NCBI RefSeq assembly: GCF_001194135.2
Contig: NC_068995.1
Span: 40,295,915-40,359,914, forward strand
DNA length: 64,000 nucleotides
Direction of reading: 5' to 3'
DNA from: Octopus bimaculoides
Taxonomy: Eukaryota
Below are positions 12,596 through 25,400 of this stretch, in pieces (positions within the stretch are counted from its first letter, which is position 1; each line of letters starts with the position of its first letter). The position numbers and the translations under genes are program-made. The notes beneath the pieces were generated by a model that worked only from the letters and a program-made list of their open reading frames with translations, searched no databases and had not been told where the DNA came from.

Positions 12596-12697
12596 CTCAG
12601 CACTGGAGGTGGCAAGGATTCATCTCTCCACTAGCAATATAAACAAGAGTGCATTTTGCACCAAAAGCCAGTATGACAGTTTCTCTCATGGTAACTA
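12596..12697 (-). other. AGGF1: Probable AGGF1 5'UTR exon containing upstream ATGs
   Basis: tttttttatactgcag acceptor and GAG|gtaata donor, 63-nt intron to the next exon. The frame continuous with the CDS is closed by TAG with no later ATG. Confidence 0.45.
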
Positions 12698-12824
12698 CTG
12701 CAGTATAAAAAAAGTAACCTTTCCGAGTCATGCTGACTCATGAGAGCCAATTTCCTGGTTTCCATGGCATATATATTCCTAAGGTATTTTTCGACGTTAT
12801 TATTATTATTATTATTATTATTGA

Positions 12825-12964
12825 GGTCATTGCCTGGAATCGAATTCGGAATTTTTGGGTTAGTTGCCTGTGCTCTTAACCACTACACCAATATGCCCGT
12901 GGCGTAGTGGTTAAGAATGCAGACTACTAACCCCAAGATTCCGAGTTCGATTCCAAGTAGTGAA

Positions 12965-12995
<31 letters not shown>

Positions 12996-13296
12996 GACAA
13001 ATACATAACAAAAACACCAGGACTTACAAATGTATATACCATACAGAAAATTGCACTACTGGGCACTGCACACATCCTACGCAAAACACTTTCAATACAG
13101 TAACCATAAGAGCATCACAGCAAACCACAGCACATACCCAAGGCACACAGAGCTGCGCTCGGTAGTGAAGTGAAAGCACGTTATAAAAATAAAACTACTG
13201 AATAATAATAATAACATCAAAAAATACCTTTACAATGAGAACACAGGTTCGAAATTTCCCCTAGACACCTGATGAAGGCTGGAGGGTATATTAGCC
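12825..13296 (+). mobile_element. tRNA-headed SINE family H with hammerhead-containing tail; head duplicated in inverted orientation (12825-12900) and about 230 bp of extra internal sequence
   Basis: ggcgtagtggttaag...gttcgattcc A/B boxes; tail gacacctgatgaaggctggagggtatattagcc is cut by a gap. Confidence 0.7.
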
Positions 13297-13603
13297 NNNN
13301 NNNNNNNNNNNNNNNNNNNNNNNNNNNNNNNNNNNNNNNNNNNNNNNNNNNNNNNNNNNNNNNNNNNNNNNNNNNNNNNNNNNNNNNNNNNNNNNNNNNN
13401 NNNNNNNNNNNNNNNNNNNNNNNNNNNNNNNNNNNNNNNNNNNNNNNNNNNNNNNNNNNNNNNNNNNNNNNNNNNNNNNNNNNNNNNNNNNNNNNNNNNN
13501 NNNNNNNNNNNNNNNNNNNNNNNNNNNNNNNNNNNNNNNNNNNNNNNNNNNNNNNNNNNNNNNNNNNNNNNNNNNNNNNNNNNNNNNNNNNNNNNNNNNN
13601 NNN

Positions 13604-13716
13604 ACCCTATCCCGCGTGTGAAAATGAATACGTGTTTAGGGTTAGGGTCGACCACTCACGACTAGCTAGCGCGGACGCGCGACTGCGCGTTCGGGTCCGC
13701 GCTGCTTTAGTAGCAC
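13604..13716. mobile_element. TTAGGG-armed fold-back element, right part (second copy of 54893-55063)
   Basis: cccgcgtgtg.aaatgaatacgtgtttagggttaggg..tcgaccactcacgactagctagcgcggacgcgcgactgcgcgttcgggtccgcgctgctttagtag is shared almost exactly. Confidence 0.75.
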
Positions 13717-13850
13717 CTCATTTTTGCCAGGTGACTGGACTGGAACAATGCGAAATAAAGCGTCTCGCTCGAGGACACAAGGTGCTGCCAGGAATTGAAC
13801 TCACGACCTTACGATCGCGAGCTAAATACCTTAGCCACTAAACGATCCAC
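13716..13850 (-). mobile_element. tRNA-derived SINE family E fragment
   Basis: The reverse strand reads gtggctaagg...cgtaaggtcgtgagttcaattcc...ttgtgtcctcgagcgag. Related copies at about 43215-43340(+), 44650-44740(-) and 49920-50190(-). Confidence 0.55.
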
Positions 13851-16800
13851 CTTACGCTAGTTACATCGTTTAAGAGAGGGAAGCAAAATTTGGTCAGAAC
13901 TCAGAATGAGCAGGATGGTCCAATATATGAATAAGACATCATATTTCTGAGAATGGAATCGATTAGACTAGTGTTTAAGAAGCATTTCTGTCCAGCACCC
14001 AGCTTCGATGTTCAAAAGAAACATGCACCTAACCATGCTCGTATAAAGTTATAAGCTTTATTCCACTTGTCACTTGCTTACAACCCATTCTTGAACAACT
14101 CACATCCCACCTAGTAAAATAGTCCATTAGATCGACTATAGTACATGACCGGCATTTATTTTACCTCCTTTGAAAAATAAATAAATAAATTTGCTCCGAG
14201 TGAGATCTGAACTCGAGAGGTAAAATAACAGGAAAATGTGGAAAATAGCGCATCCGTTTGCAGACTATAAATGCCGAAAATGCCAACGTTTTACTTTGAT
14301 CGACTGCAATAAACCCTTCTCTACAAGCTTTATTTTTATTCTTAACAAAGAAAAGACAGAGCGGTAAAGGTCTAAGGTGCTAGTTTCGATTCCATGCTGC
14401 AGGATATTTTAATTCACTCACGTTTAGATTCAAAAACAAAGAACAACGTTAACACACGTATATTTTTCCTTAAACTTCTATATATGTGTTTATATTGTTT
14501 TGTTTCCAATTACAACTGAATTGATGAAAATATTGACATCAACCAAAGACACAAGAAGGGGAAGAGGGGGGCTAAGTGCCAATATTCAAAACCTTATTGT
14601 TCTTATGGTTATTCTTATTATAGTTATTATTATTATTATTTACCATTAGTTTAAAACCAACAAAACCAAAGCAACTCACATCAGCCCATTTTTGTGTTCG
14701 AGTTTATATATGGAAACATTGTAAAGCTGAGTATAACATACTAAGCCACAGTTTCGGAGATTATAATGAAAGTAAATTATAATCAATTAATAGTTTTGAT
14801 TGTTTGGTTTAATTATCTTATTGTTGCATAATTGTTTAAAATATATTTAGATATATATTACTCAAAGATGAAACTATAATTTAATGTAAGGATTAAGTAT
14901 TTTAAACATAAATAAACCCATTTATTTATTTTCGTTTTACGTATTTTAGTTGCGCTTTGCCTCCTAATGGAAGGATTTACACGGTAACTTGCGAGCTTGA
15001 AACGAAACTATGGTTCTGAATCCTGCATACATTTATTAAATTTTTCAATGTCTATAATTAGTGACACATACACACAGTTGAGTAGTTAAAGAAGTTCTCT
15101 TAACAACCATTCGGTTTAAGTCCCACCGCACCCCACCTTAGGCAAGTGTGTTTGGACAAACCCTTGTGAATGGATTTGGTTGACTGAAACTGAACACAAA
15201 CATCGTGTGCGCGAGAGAGAGGGTTGGATTCCTCTCAACAATGTGTATGACTATTCATTACCTGTCAATGAAAGGCAAATCAAAGATGACTTTTAAGCCC
15301 AGGTGATGGATTGCAACTTTTATGCCAATTATTACATTTGTCTTCTCTCAGTTAAATGCATATATATATAGGGAGAGATAGAGATAGATAGATACAACTG
15401 AGGATGTGTCTCTGTGTGTGTAAACCCTCACAACCGCTGAAGTTCGCAATTGATTTTCTCCTAACTGGGAACATACATTAGTTATGTATTTTTCACATAA
15501 AGAGTATCGGTGCCCTTGGGAAAAGAAAGCTCCTTTTTCTGGGGTACGTACGACTGCCCGCATGGTCTATGCACTGCTTCTGTTCAAATTGCAAAAAACA
15601 GCTACTGAAATTGTATAAGTAGATTGTATTAAGTGGATGAACCGATTAAGACTTCAAACTGCGTTGTCTAAATGGTAGCAATGATAGCCTATTCTTGTAG
15701 TACCATAGGTAGCAATTTGTTGGAATAAAATACGTTTGGAATGCACTATGTTTATTATGAAAAATATGCTGAAATATATTAAATCCTGAGCAACTATTCA
15801 ACTATTTTCTTTTAGCTTCAGTATAAAAACCAAAATATCACATATACATTAACCTATTAATTTATGGTGTCCAAGACCAACTACATTAGTTAGAGACAGT
15901 GGAATTGTGTCGTGCTTGAGAAGACCCACCAAGCCAAGCAAAATCACACTCGTGGCAGAAAGCGATGTCATGCAAATGACACCTGTGCCAGTGGCACGTA
16001 AAAGCACTCATTACACTCTCGGAGTGGTTGGTGTTAGGAAGGACATCCAGCCGTAGAGAGCCAAATCAGACTGGATCCTGGATCTTGCATGCCGAATTGT
16101 TTTCCTTAGGGAGCTAAGTTGTCCTCACAATGGTCGCACACAGTTTATGCAAAGGGGTGCTCAGGTGAACCACAACTATTGATTCCAAACTGACAGTGTT
16201 GTTTGCAAGCACTTCGTTGCCAATACCCCACCCATCCACCTTCCCACGTCATTTCTTTCATGTAGATCTCTCTCATGTGGTGCTGCTGAGTGTGCCCACA
16301 GGCTTAATTTATCAAATAGATGTAGTTTCTATGTCTGTTGATTATTCAGTGTGGTAGTGGCAGTACCAACAGCTGCAAAGGTGAGTATATCTTCCAAGAG
16401 CTTTTTGGTGTATTCAAAAATAACACACCCCCACCCACTTTTCCATAACAAGGTTAGGGCCTGGAATCTTCCAAACATACGCATAACATGTCACTTAGTC
16501 GAATTAGCCCTTCATTTACTCCACAAATGTTTTGTCATCAATGCTGCATTTTCCTGTATCACGTTTCAACTTAACTGTACCATGTATACAAACTATGCCA
16601 TTTAAATCCCAAACAACACCAGATATGTCTGCTAGNNNNNNNNNNNNNNNNNNNNNNNNNNNNNNNNNNNNNNNNNNNNNNNNNNNNNNNNNNNNNNNNN
16701 NNNNNNNNNNNNNNNNNNNNNNNNNNNNNNNNNNNNNNNNNNNNNNNNNNNNNNNNNNNNNNNNNNNNNNNNNNNNNNNNNNNNNNNNNNNNNNNNNNNN

Positions 16801-17009
16801 NNNNNNNNNNNNNNNNNNNNNNNNNNNNNNNNNNNNNNNNNNNNNNNNNNNNNNNNNNNNNNNNNNNNNNNNNNNNNNNNNNNNNNNNNNNNNNNNNNNN
16901 NNNNNNNNNNNNNNNNNNNNNNNNNNNNNNNNNNNNNNNNNNNNNNNNNNNNNNNNNNNNNNNNNNNNNNNNNNNNNNNNNNNNNATATATATATATATA
17001 ATCGATTAA

Positions 17010-18330
17010 CGTCTGTTTTCCATCCTGACATGGGTTGGATGGTTTGACTGAGGTCTGGAGAGCCAGCAGCTGCACCAGTCTCCAATCTGATCTGGCAAAG
17101 TTTCTACAGGTGGATGCCCTTCCTAATGCCAACCACTCCGAGAGTGTAGTGGGTGCTTTTTACATGCCACTGGCACAGGAGCCTGTCAGGCAGACTTGGC
17201 AACGATCACATTTCGGTGGTGCTTTTTATGTGCCACCAACATGAGTCAGTCAGGAGGTACTGGCATTGGTCACGATCGGTTGGTGCTTTTTACATGCCAC
17301 TGGCACGGGAACCAGTCAGGGAGCACCGGTCCCAGCTTACTTGACTCAACAGGTCTTCTCAAGCATATCATATCACCCGACACATCAGGGGTATTCTTAA
17401 CAGGGCTGGACATACGTGGCTACAATCTCACTTTAGTTGCTAGGTCTTCTCAATCACAGCATATCTCCAAAGGTCCCAGTCTCCTGTCATTGCCTCTGTG
17501 AGGCCCAATATTCAAAGGTCATGGTTCACCACCTCATCCTATGTCTTCCTGGGTCTACCTCTTCCACAGGTTCCTTCTACAGTTAGGGAGTGGCAATTCA
17601 TCACACAGCTGTCTTCATTCATACATAACACATGACCATACCAGCGCAGTCATCTCTCTTGTACACCGCATTTGATGTTTCTTATGCCCAACTTTTCTCT
17701 CAGGGTGCTTACACTCTGTCGTGTATGCAAGCTGACATTACACATCCAGCAGATCATACTAGAATACATGTCCTCAGCATTCATGGTCCATGTTTCACTG
17801 CCGTGTAGCATAGCAGTTTGTACACATGCATCATACAGTTTACCTTTCACCCTGAGCAAGAGGCCCATAGTTACCAGCAGAGGTAGGAGCTCTCTGAGCT
17901 TTGCCCAGGCTATTCTTACTCTAGTTGCTACACTCTCAGAGCAATCTCCCCCACTACAGACTTAGCCACCTAGGTAGCAGAAGTTATTAACTACTTCTAG
18001 TTTTTTCCCTCTGTCATGTGATGGAATCTGTTTTCTGTACATCATCAGTGTTTATTGCCCCTGTGCATCTGCCACACACAAAAACTATTTTCCAGGTTAA
18101 CCTTTCGTTGATATTGCTGCACCTTTTATGTGTCCATAGCTTACACCGAGTATGGAGTATTCTACCCACGCCTTTTCTACAGATCGAATAGGGCTATCTA
18201 CCTGAAGGAGGTTGTGATTTGACAGCCTTCCTACTTACTAAGACTTTGGTTTTGGCTGGGTCAACCCTAAGGCCCTTCGATTCTAGACTTTGCTTCCATA
18301 CCCTAAGAAAACATAAAGGATGCCTCTATG
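17010..18330 (-). mobile_element. 5'-truncated, decayed RTE-clade LINE (C-terminal ORF plus 3' UTR)
   Basis: Minus-strand translation with stops and frameshifts: SKGLRVDPAKTKVL, LEVVNNFCYLG, RVKGKLYDACVQTAMLHGSETW, R*LRWYGHV, GRGRPRKT*DEVV, followed by the family D 3' UTR. Confidence 0.85.
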
Positions 18331-18534
18331 TAGTATCTCAATTTGCTTGACTTGAAATAGATGCCAAATTTCCCTCAAATCACACACCTTTTCTTCTTTT
18401 AAAAATAACAGTATGGTCATGCTTAGAATAACTTTGATTATTGATTATAGATTTCCTGTGTAGATGTATTCCACAAAGAAAGATGAACAGGGTAATGTGT
18501 AGTTCCTGATATATAATAAAAGCAGAAGAGATGG

Positions 18535-18960
18535 TCATGTGTGAGATAGTTTTAATACGGATGAGGACAGCTGTGTAAAGAAGTGCTGGGATCTAATTGT
18601 GGAGGGTACCTGTAGAATGGGTAGACCCAGGAAGATGTGAGAAAAGATCTTCAGATGCTGGGCCCCACTGAGGAACTGATGAGGGACTAGGGGATGTGGC
18701 GATTTCCTGTACTTGATATGATGCATGAACCTAAGTAAAATCGCTGTCTTCCACACATAAAGGTATGTTCTTTCAGGTGCCAGTGCCAAATAAAAAGAAC
18801 CCATGCCAGTGGAATGTAAAATGTATCCGGCACACTCTGATAAGTGGTTGGCATTAGGAGGGGCAGTTCCCAGCTGGACAGTTCCATGTCAAACCGTCCA
18901 ACCCATGCCAGTATGGAAAACATGTTAAACGATGACGGTGGCGGCGGTGGTGATGATGAC
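18535..18960 (+). mobile_element. RTE LINE 3' end fragment
   Basis: gatgaggacagctgtgtaaagaagtgc...ggtagacccaggaag, then the family D tail ending gttaaacgatgac. Similar fragments at 53720-54215(-) and 57630-57800(+). Confidence 0.7.
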
Positions 18961-19289
18961 AACAACGACTGTTCGGTCAGACGTGACCTAGAGACAAACA
19001 ACAATATAGAATTTGTAACAGGAAAAATAAACAACAAACAACGCATTAAAAATCATTCTAAATGTTCAAGGGGTTTCGTGTGTAAAGTTTTATTTTTTTT
19101 TTTAAATCTTAGAAATTTCTAAAAAAAGACAAACGTGCACACACAAACACACATGCACAAATACTCACACACACACACACACACACATACCCACAACAGA
19201 CATATACATGTGTATGTACAAACAAATATTTACAACAATCACCCATTTTGGTCAAAATGTACAAAACTGGTTCAACAAAATCCACTTCC

Positions 19290-19439
19290 TTATACGGACA
19301 TGATGCCCATTTCCTGGAAAGATTCAAACACTTCATACAAACTACTTTCAGCCTCAGATTGTCTGTATTCTGTATTCAGATGAGTAAATGAGTTCACTGA
19401 GGCAGCCGCTATTTCAGCAGCACTCAAGGCATTTACATC
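19290..19439 (-). CDS. DIS3L: DIS3L coding exon 23 ([10 protein letters not shown]...QEMGIMSV*)
   Basis: ctcttttcag acceptor, 150 nt ending in TAA (19292-19290). Confidence 0.9.
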   Translation of the reverse strand, partial: DVNALSAAEIAAASVNSFTHLNTEYRQSEAESSLYEVFESFQEMGIMSV

Positions 19440-22400
19440 CTGAAAAGAGGAAAAGAAACAAAGAATTATATTTTTAATTCGATTTCATTGAGTTACGTAA
19501 TAGCTTAGCCCAAGGTCAGTTCTTGATCAAACAAACCTTGTGCAACACTATAATACGAGTGATGTTGTATATTTTCAATCTTCCATGCAAAACAACTTTG
19601 ATGATAGGGAAATATCATCTTCCTTGGAAAAAGGTGAGAGCTGGTGACAGGAAAGGCATCCAGCCATAGAAAATTTGCTTCAACAAATTCTCCCTCACTC
19701 ATGCACAGTGGATGTTAAAGTGATGATGATGATGATAAGGATACACACACACACATATATATTTACCTTTTTAGAAAACATATCTTTTAGATCAGTTTGA
19801 TTTTGGTTTTGTAAAAGAATTGGTTTATCAGAAAGCAGCTCCAGTTTAACATTTGGTTGATGAGCATTGACCAATTCCAAGGAAATAATTACCTAAAACA
19901 AAAAAAAAAAAATTATATATATATATAAAGTTTATTTTCACCTGATATCAGTCAGTCACAGATTTCAGTGATAAAGTCTCAATGTGACCATCTGATTGAT
20001 TGCTAGAAGAAATAGTCTTCATCCTATCATCTTAAAAAAAAACCCCAAAGAAATATTGAACAATGTAGCCCTAGATACATTATGCCAAGAAGAAATAAGA
20101 CAAGATAACTACGGTTATGTTGATAGAAGGTTTACTGGATCAGGCTTGTAGCTAAACAACAGCAACAATAATGGAACACAATCCAAACTGATTATCTCTA
20201 TATAACAATAGAATGTCCCTCAACTCATCCTACCATTTTAATGAAATAAGAAAGAGGCATTGGATCTTAACAAGGTGACCTTATCCCCAATAGACACCCT
20301 TCCCCATGCACACAAAAACTAAATCCTTTTTAATATGGCCAATGTTAGGGTTAATCTTTCCTGTCTAGGTTAACATTACTAGCAACTTTGTTCATTAGAG
20401 AAAAGCATATATATCTGCAGCCCTTATTTACAGACCTAACTACAACAACTGCTGAAACCAATCAAATGTGTCTACTGGCTGGTTTCTACCTTTCAAAAGC
20501 AGCCGTTTACAGTGTCACCCTCAGTCCAATTGGTGATTTCCCATGGACTCACAGCCAACTTTGAGAGAAGGATCATCCTCATTGTCATTGTTGTTGTCCA
20601 CTTTTCCATGCTCCCATGAGTTACATAAAATTTGATGAGGTAGATTTTCTACAGGCAAATGCCCTTTCTATTGTCAATCCTTGTCTGCTTTCAAGTAAAG
20701 TAATATTTCCCATGGCTGGCTGGCTGGACATATTTTCATAGCAGACTGGAAACAAAAGACATCACTTATATGACAGTGAGACACGTTTACAACATGTACA
20801 ATGTCAATGATTTAATGATCTGATCAACAGACGAGAACCTTGGCATCTCAGTAAATAGTAAATGAACCTCAACAGAACTACTATAATTATGCTCCTGTTG
20901 TTGCCACTCCGTCGCTTACGACGTTGAGGGTTCCAGTTGATCCGATCAAAGGAACAGCCTGCTCGTGGAATTAACGTGCAAGTGGCTGAGCATTCCACAG
21001 ACACGTGTACCCTTAACATAGTTCTCAGCGTGACACAGTGTGACAAAGCTGACCCTTTGAATTACAGGCACAACAGAAACAGGAAGTAAGAGTGAGAGAA
21101 AGAGGTGGCGAAAGAGTACAGCAGGGTTCGCCACCATCCCCTGCCGGAGCCTCGTGGAGCTTTTTTAGGTGTTTTCACTCAATAAACACTCACAACGCCC
21201 AGTCTGGGAATCGAAACTGCGATCCTATGACCGCGAGTCCGCTGCTGCCCTAACCACTGGGCCATCGCGCCTCCACAATTATGCCCCTATATAGGTAACA
21301 TAACAACAACGAACTACAAAACCATTACTGTGCTTCTATACAGCTCAAAAAAAAATCTAGGTATCTTTTAACAGTTAATTAATACTCAAGTCCAGTATTG
21401 TATCATCTGGGCCATTTTCACTAACACTGGCAACTTGACAACACCTCAGCTTAATCATTCATTCTGCTCCCTTCAGATTACAGGTTATGTTCCCCCTTTT
21501 TTTTTATTAGAACAATGAGTAATAAAGTTCTCTATTTAAGAGATGAGGAATTATTTACATTATTTACATTTGACGGATATTTGTCCTCATCTTGTTTGTT
21601 GTTAACACAACGTTTCGGCTGATATACCCTCCAGCCTTCGTCAGGTGCCCACGGGCATATGGCGTAGTGATTAAGAGCGCGGGCTACTAACCTCAAGATT
21701 CCAAGTTCGATTCACGGCAGCGACCTGATTAATAATAGTAATAATAATAATAATAATATAATAATAGTAACATCGTTAGGAATGAGAACCCAGGTTCGAA
21801 ATTTCCCCAAGACACCTGATGAAGGCTGGAGGGTGTATCAGCCGAAACGTNNNNNNNNNNCCTCATCTTGTTTGTTGTTAACACAACGTTTCGGCTGATA
21901 TACCCTCCAGCCTTCGTCAGGTGCCCACGGGCATATGGCGTAGTGATTAAGAGCGCGGGCTACTAACCTCAAGATTCCAAGTTCGATTCACGGCAGCGAC
22001 CTGATTAATAATAGTAATAATAATAATAATAATATAATAATAGTAACATCGTTAGGAATGAGAACCCAGGTTCGAAATTTCCCCAAGACACCTGATGAAG
22101 GCTGGAGGGTGTATCAGCCGAAACGTTGTGTTAACAACAAACAAGATGAGGACAAATATCCGTCAAATGTAAATAATGTAAATGAGTAATAAGTAAATGA
22201 ATAAATGACTTACAGTTATGTGCTGCAAGAGAGTAAACTTCATTTTTTTGCCAGAGCGACTTATAACTGTAACATGAGTATCCCCACAGGCTATGGAGCC
22301 ATGAGACCATTCCATCTTTTGATTTGCTGCGGAGAACTCTACAACTTTATCTTGCTTGTCTTTCAAATAAACTGGACCTTTCAGACCAAAGCTGGTGGAA

Positions 22401-25400
22401 ATAAGAAATAAATTGTGTTTTATTCATCTCAAGGAAATAGCTGTTTATAAATATATCTATATACATAAATGTGTAATGGTGTATGTGTGTTTGGGGGTTA
22501 CTCTAACTCCACCCACACCGTCCAACTGATTTTAATGATTTTTGGCACATAGGTAGATCACATGTCCCGAAGTTCAAATATAAGGCCAGAATTTTTTGAA
22601 AACTCGATAATGCTCAGTTGGCATCGATTTTTGTGAGCTCAATCGGGCGTTTGAATGGAAATTCCCATAACGAGGTTATTTTTCAAGCAGCTTTTGCATT
22701 TTTGTCTGATTTTGACTGCCGAACCAGATATAACATCTTAATGGGTAATAGTTGACATGTGGAACGTAGAAGATTTCGATACAAGGTTAGAGGTGGGCTT
22801 AACTTCAACATAGAAAACACATATATATATATAGGGTGCAGTGAATAAACTGTCATCTAAGTTACACAAAAATGAAAATAACACTGCCATCTCATTTTGA
22901 CAGATATATTTACCAAAATTACATTAAAATATTTTGAAATACTAAAAGAGTAAATTCATTCAATAAAATTGCCATTGGCTTCAACCATGGCCTCCAGGTG
23001 ACTTCGGAATCTCATGCAACTCTTCTGGATAGTCACTGCTGCCAAAATCCTTGCCTTCGGTTCATCAACTGACACCCCACACATAATAATCAAGGGGGTT
23101 GTAGTCTGGGGAGTTAGGTGGCCAGATGTTAGGGGTGATGTGGCTGCAGAAATTTTCTGATAGCTATGACTGGGTTCTCTTGCTTGAGTGGCATGGTGCG
23201 GAGTCCTGTTGCGAGACATAGGGTCTTCCAGCAGCCACCCTCTTGACCCAGGGCAGCACTACCCCCTCCAGGCACTCAATGTAGACCACTGTATTGAGTC
23301 TGAGACCATGTAGAAAGATGAATGGAAGCATAACGTCGCCATCAATAGTAATCACTCCAAACACCATAATGTTGACTGGATGTTTGATTTTTATCACTCT
23401 TGGTACTTGTTCTGGGACATGACAAGCCAACAGTTGTTCTGTGTGTTCACCATCTGATCCTGGCAGAAATTTTTCTCATTTTTACCTTAGTTTTACTGAA
23501 TTGCCTCCCCTGCACAGCATCTAGGAACACGGACAAACTTGGTTAGAAACCTGACATAATTGTCAATGTTTATTTTGTTATATAATAGATTCATTCGGAT
23601 CCCCTTCTACTTTCAAATATTACTGATTTCAAATTTTGGCACAAGGCCAGCAATTNNNNNNNNNNNNGGGGGGGAATCGATTACATCGACTCCAGTGCTC
23701 AACTGATACTTATTTAGTCAACCCTGAAAAGTAGGCCCCAGCAGAATTTGAACTCAGAATATAAAGACAGGCAAAATGCTTATTTCTTTACTGCCCACAA
23801 GGGGGCTAAATATAGAGGGGACAAACAAGGACAGACAAAATGCTGCTAAGCATTTTACCAAGCATGCTAACGATTCTGCCAGCTCACCACCTTAAGCTTT
23901 GAATAAATACTTCTTCTCTTCTTCTTAATCCTTTTTTTGCCCCTTGTAGAGCATAGGATCTCAACAGTTATTTTCCACTTTTTGTGGTCATTGGAGTGTT
24001 TCTTGGCGGCTTCCCATGTCAGGCCGGTGGTTCCGTCCAAAATGCTCCTTGACGGGATTTGAACTCAAACCATAAGATGTCAGAATAAATGTCATAATGC
24101 TTTTTGTCCATTTGCTCTAAGCACTATTGATTCTATCAACTTGCTGCTTTGGCATTACAATAATAATAATAATAATAATACTCTTTACTCTTTTATTTGT
24201 TTCAGTCATTTGACTGGCCATGCTCGAGCACCGCCTTTAGTCAAGCAAATCGCCCCCAGGACTTATTCTTTGTAAGCTTAGTACTTATTCTATCGGTCTC
24301 TTTTGCCAAACCGCTAAGTTACGGGGACGTAAACACACCAGCATCGGTTGTCAAGTGATGTTGGGAGGGGGACAAACACAGACACACATATACATATATA
24401 CGATGGGCTTCTTTCAGTTTCCATCTACCAAATCCACTCACAAGGCTTTGGTCGGCCCGAGGCTATAGTAGAAGACACTTGCCCAAGGTGCCATGCAGTA
24501 GGACCGAACCCGGAACCATGTGGTTCGTAAGCAAGCTACTTACCACACAGGCACTCCTACGCCTATGATGATGATGATAATGATAACAATATTAATAATA
24601 ATAATAATAATAAATACACCACTTCTGAATTAAGTACTCTTCTCTTTATGTCAACATGTTCATCCCTATGTGTGTGTGTGGTGCGAAAATTATAAATAAC
24701 TCACAGGCAAGGAAGAGAAAAAGAGTACTAGGTTACACACTCAGAAGAAAATAGAAAGAAAAGTCTTTAATGCACTTCTAGAAAAAAAAAAGTGGAGAAA
24801 GAAAAGAGTAAATGTGTCTCAGTTGTATGGTCACTGCATGGCGAAATGACCGGGAGTAGGAAGAGGTCACTAGAAGCGTGACTGGCAAGGGGAACAACTC
24901 TGTAGGATAACTGAAGCATGGGTAACAAGTGAGACAAGTGTGAACCTAGCATACGTGTGTATGAAGTATGTGCATGGAACTTTAAAATTCTCCCTACACA
25001 CACATACACATATGCATGCACACACACACACACATACATACACAGGCAAGCAGAGTGTTATACACAATCCATGACCATTATCTTAAGACAAATTGTGTGC
25101 TGAACATACCGAGGTACAAAGACAAGGACACCATTAGATCTGAGCTGAATCACAATAGCTTCAGCAATAACGTCTTCCTTATTTTTGTCTAAAGATTTGT
25201 CTTTGAAATATAAAGCTTGGAACATTTTCTGTGAATCACGTTGAGCATTCTGTGCTGCCTGAAAAACACAAAATTGTTACAGTTTAATTTAATTTCTGTA
25301 TATTTTTTTATTATGGTACAGGGAGAAGAATAAGGGAGTGCAATGCACTCATAACCTTTATAAGGGGTCTCACGACGTTAGTAGGAGAAAAATGGGGACA

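Larger units (their letters stand above)
21530..22185 (+). mobile_element. SINE family H: inverted tail (21530-21650) + tRNA-like head (21651-21720) + (AAT)n + hammerhead tail; duplicated across a 10-N gap
   Basis: A box TGGCGTAGTG and B box GTTCGATTC; tail ...gacacCTGATGAaggctg..cagccGAAACGTTgtgtt. Confidence 0.8.

Noticed and set aside
16110-16380. Splice-like plus-strand segments (16110-16164, 16350-16380) and ORF 15348-15563 between AGGF1 and DIS3L
   Set aside because: No recognisable protein and no consistent multi-exon frame; could be lncRNA or old repeat but unsupported.
21655-21720. tRNA-like sequences with A/B boxes (also SINE A, C and E heads)
   Set aside because: No complete cloverleaf with acceptor stem, and each is joined to a SINE body, so they are SINE heads rather than tRNA genes.
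21851-22130. Exact tandem duplication of the family H element across a 10-N gap (would be a natural hammerhead dimer)
   Set aside because: Identical sequence on both sides of a minimal gap is the usual sign of unmerged overlapping contig ends; treated as an artifact unless long reads confirm it.
22480-22830. Possible Helitron-like non-autonomous fragment (also 56930-57200)
   Set aside because: Only vague motif resemblance, no clear termini, and one case is interrupted by a gap.
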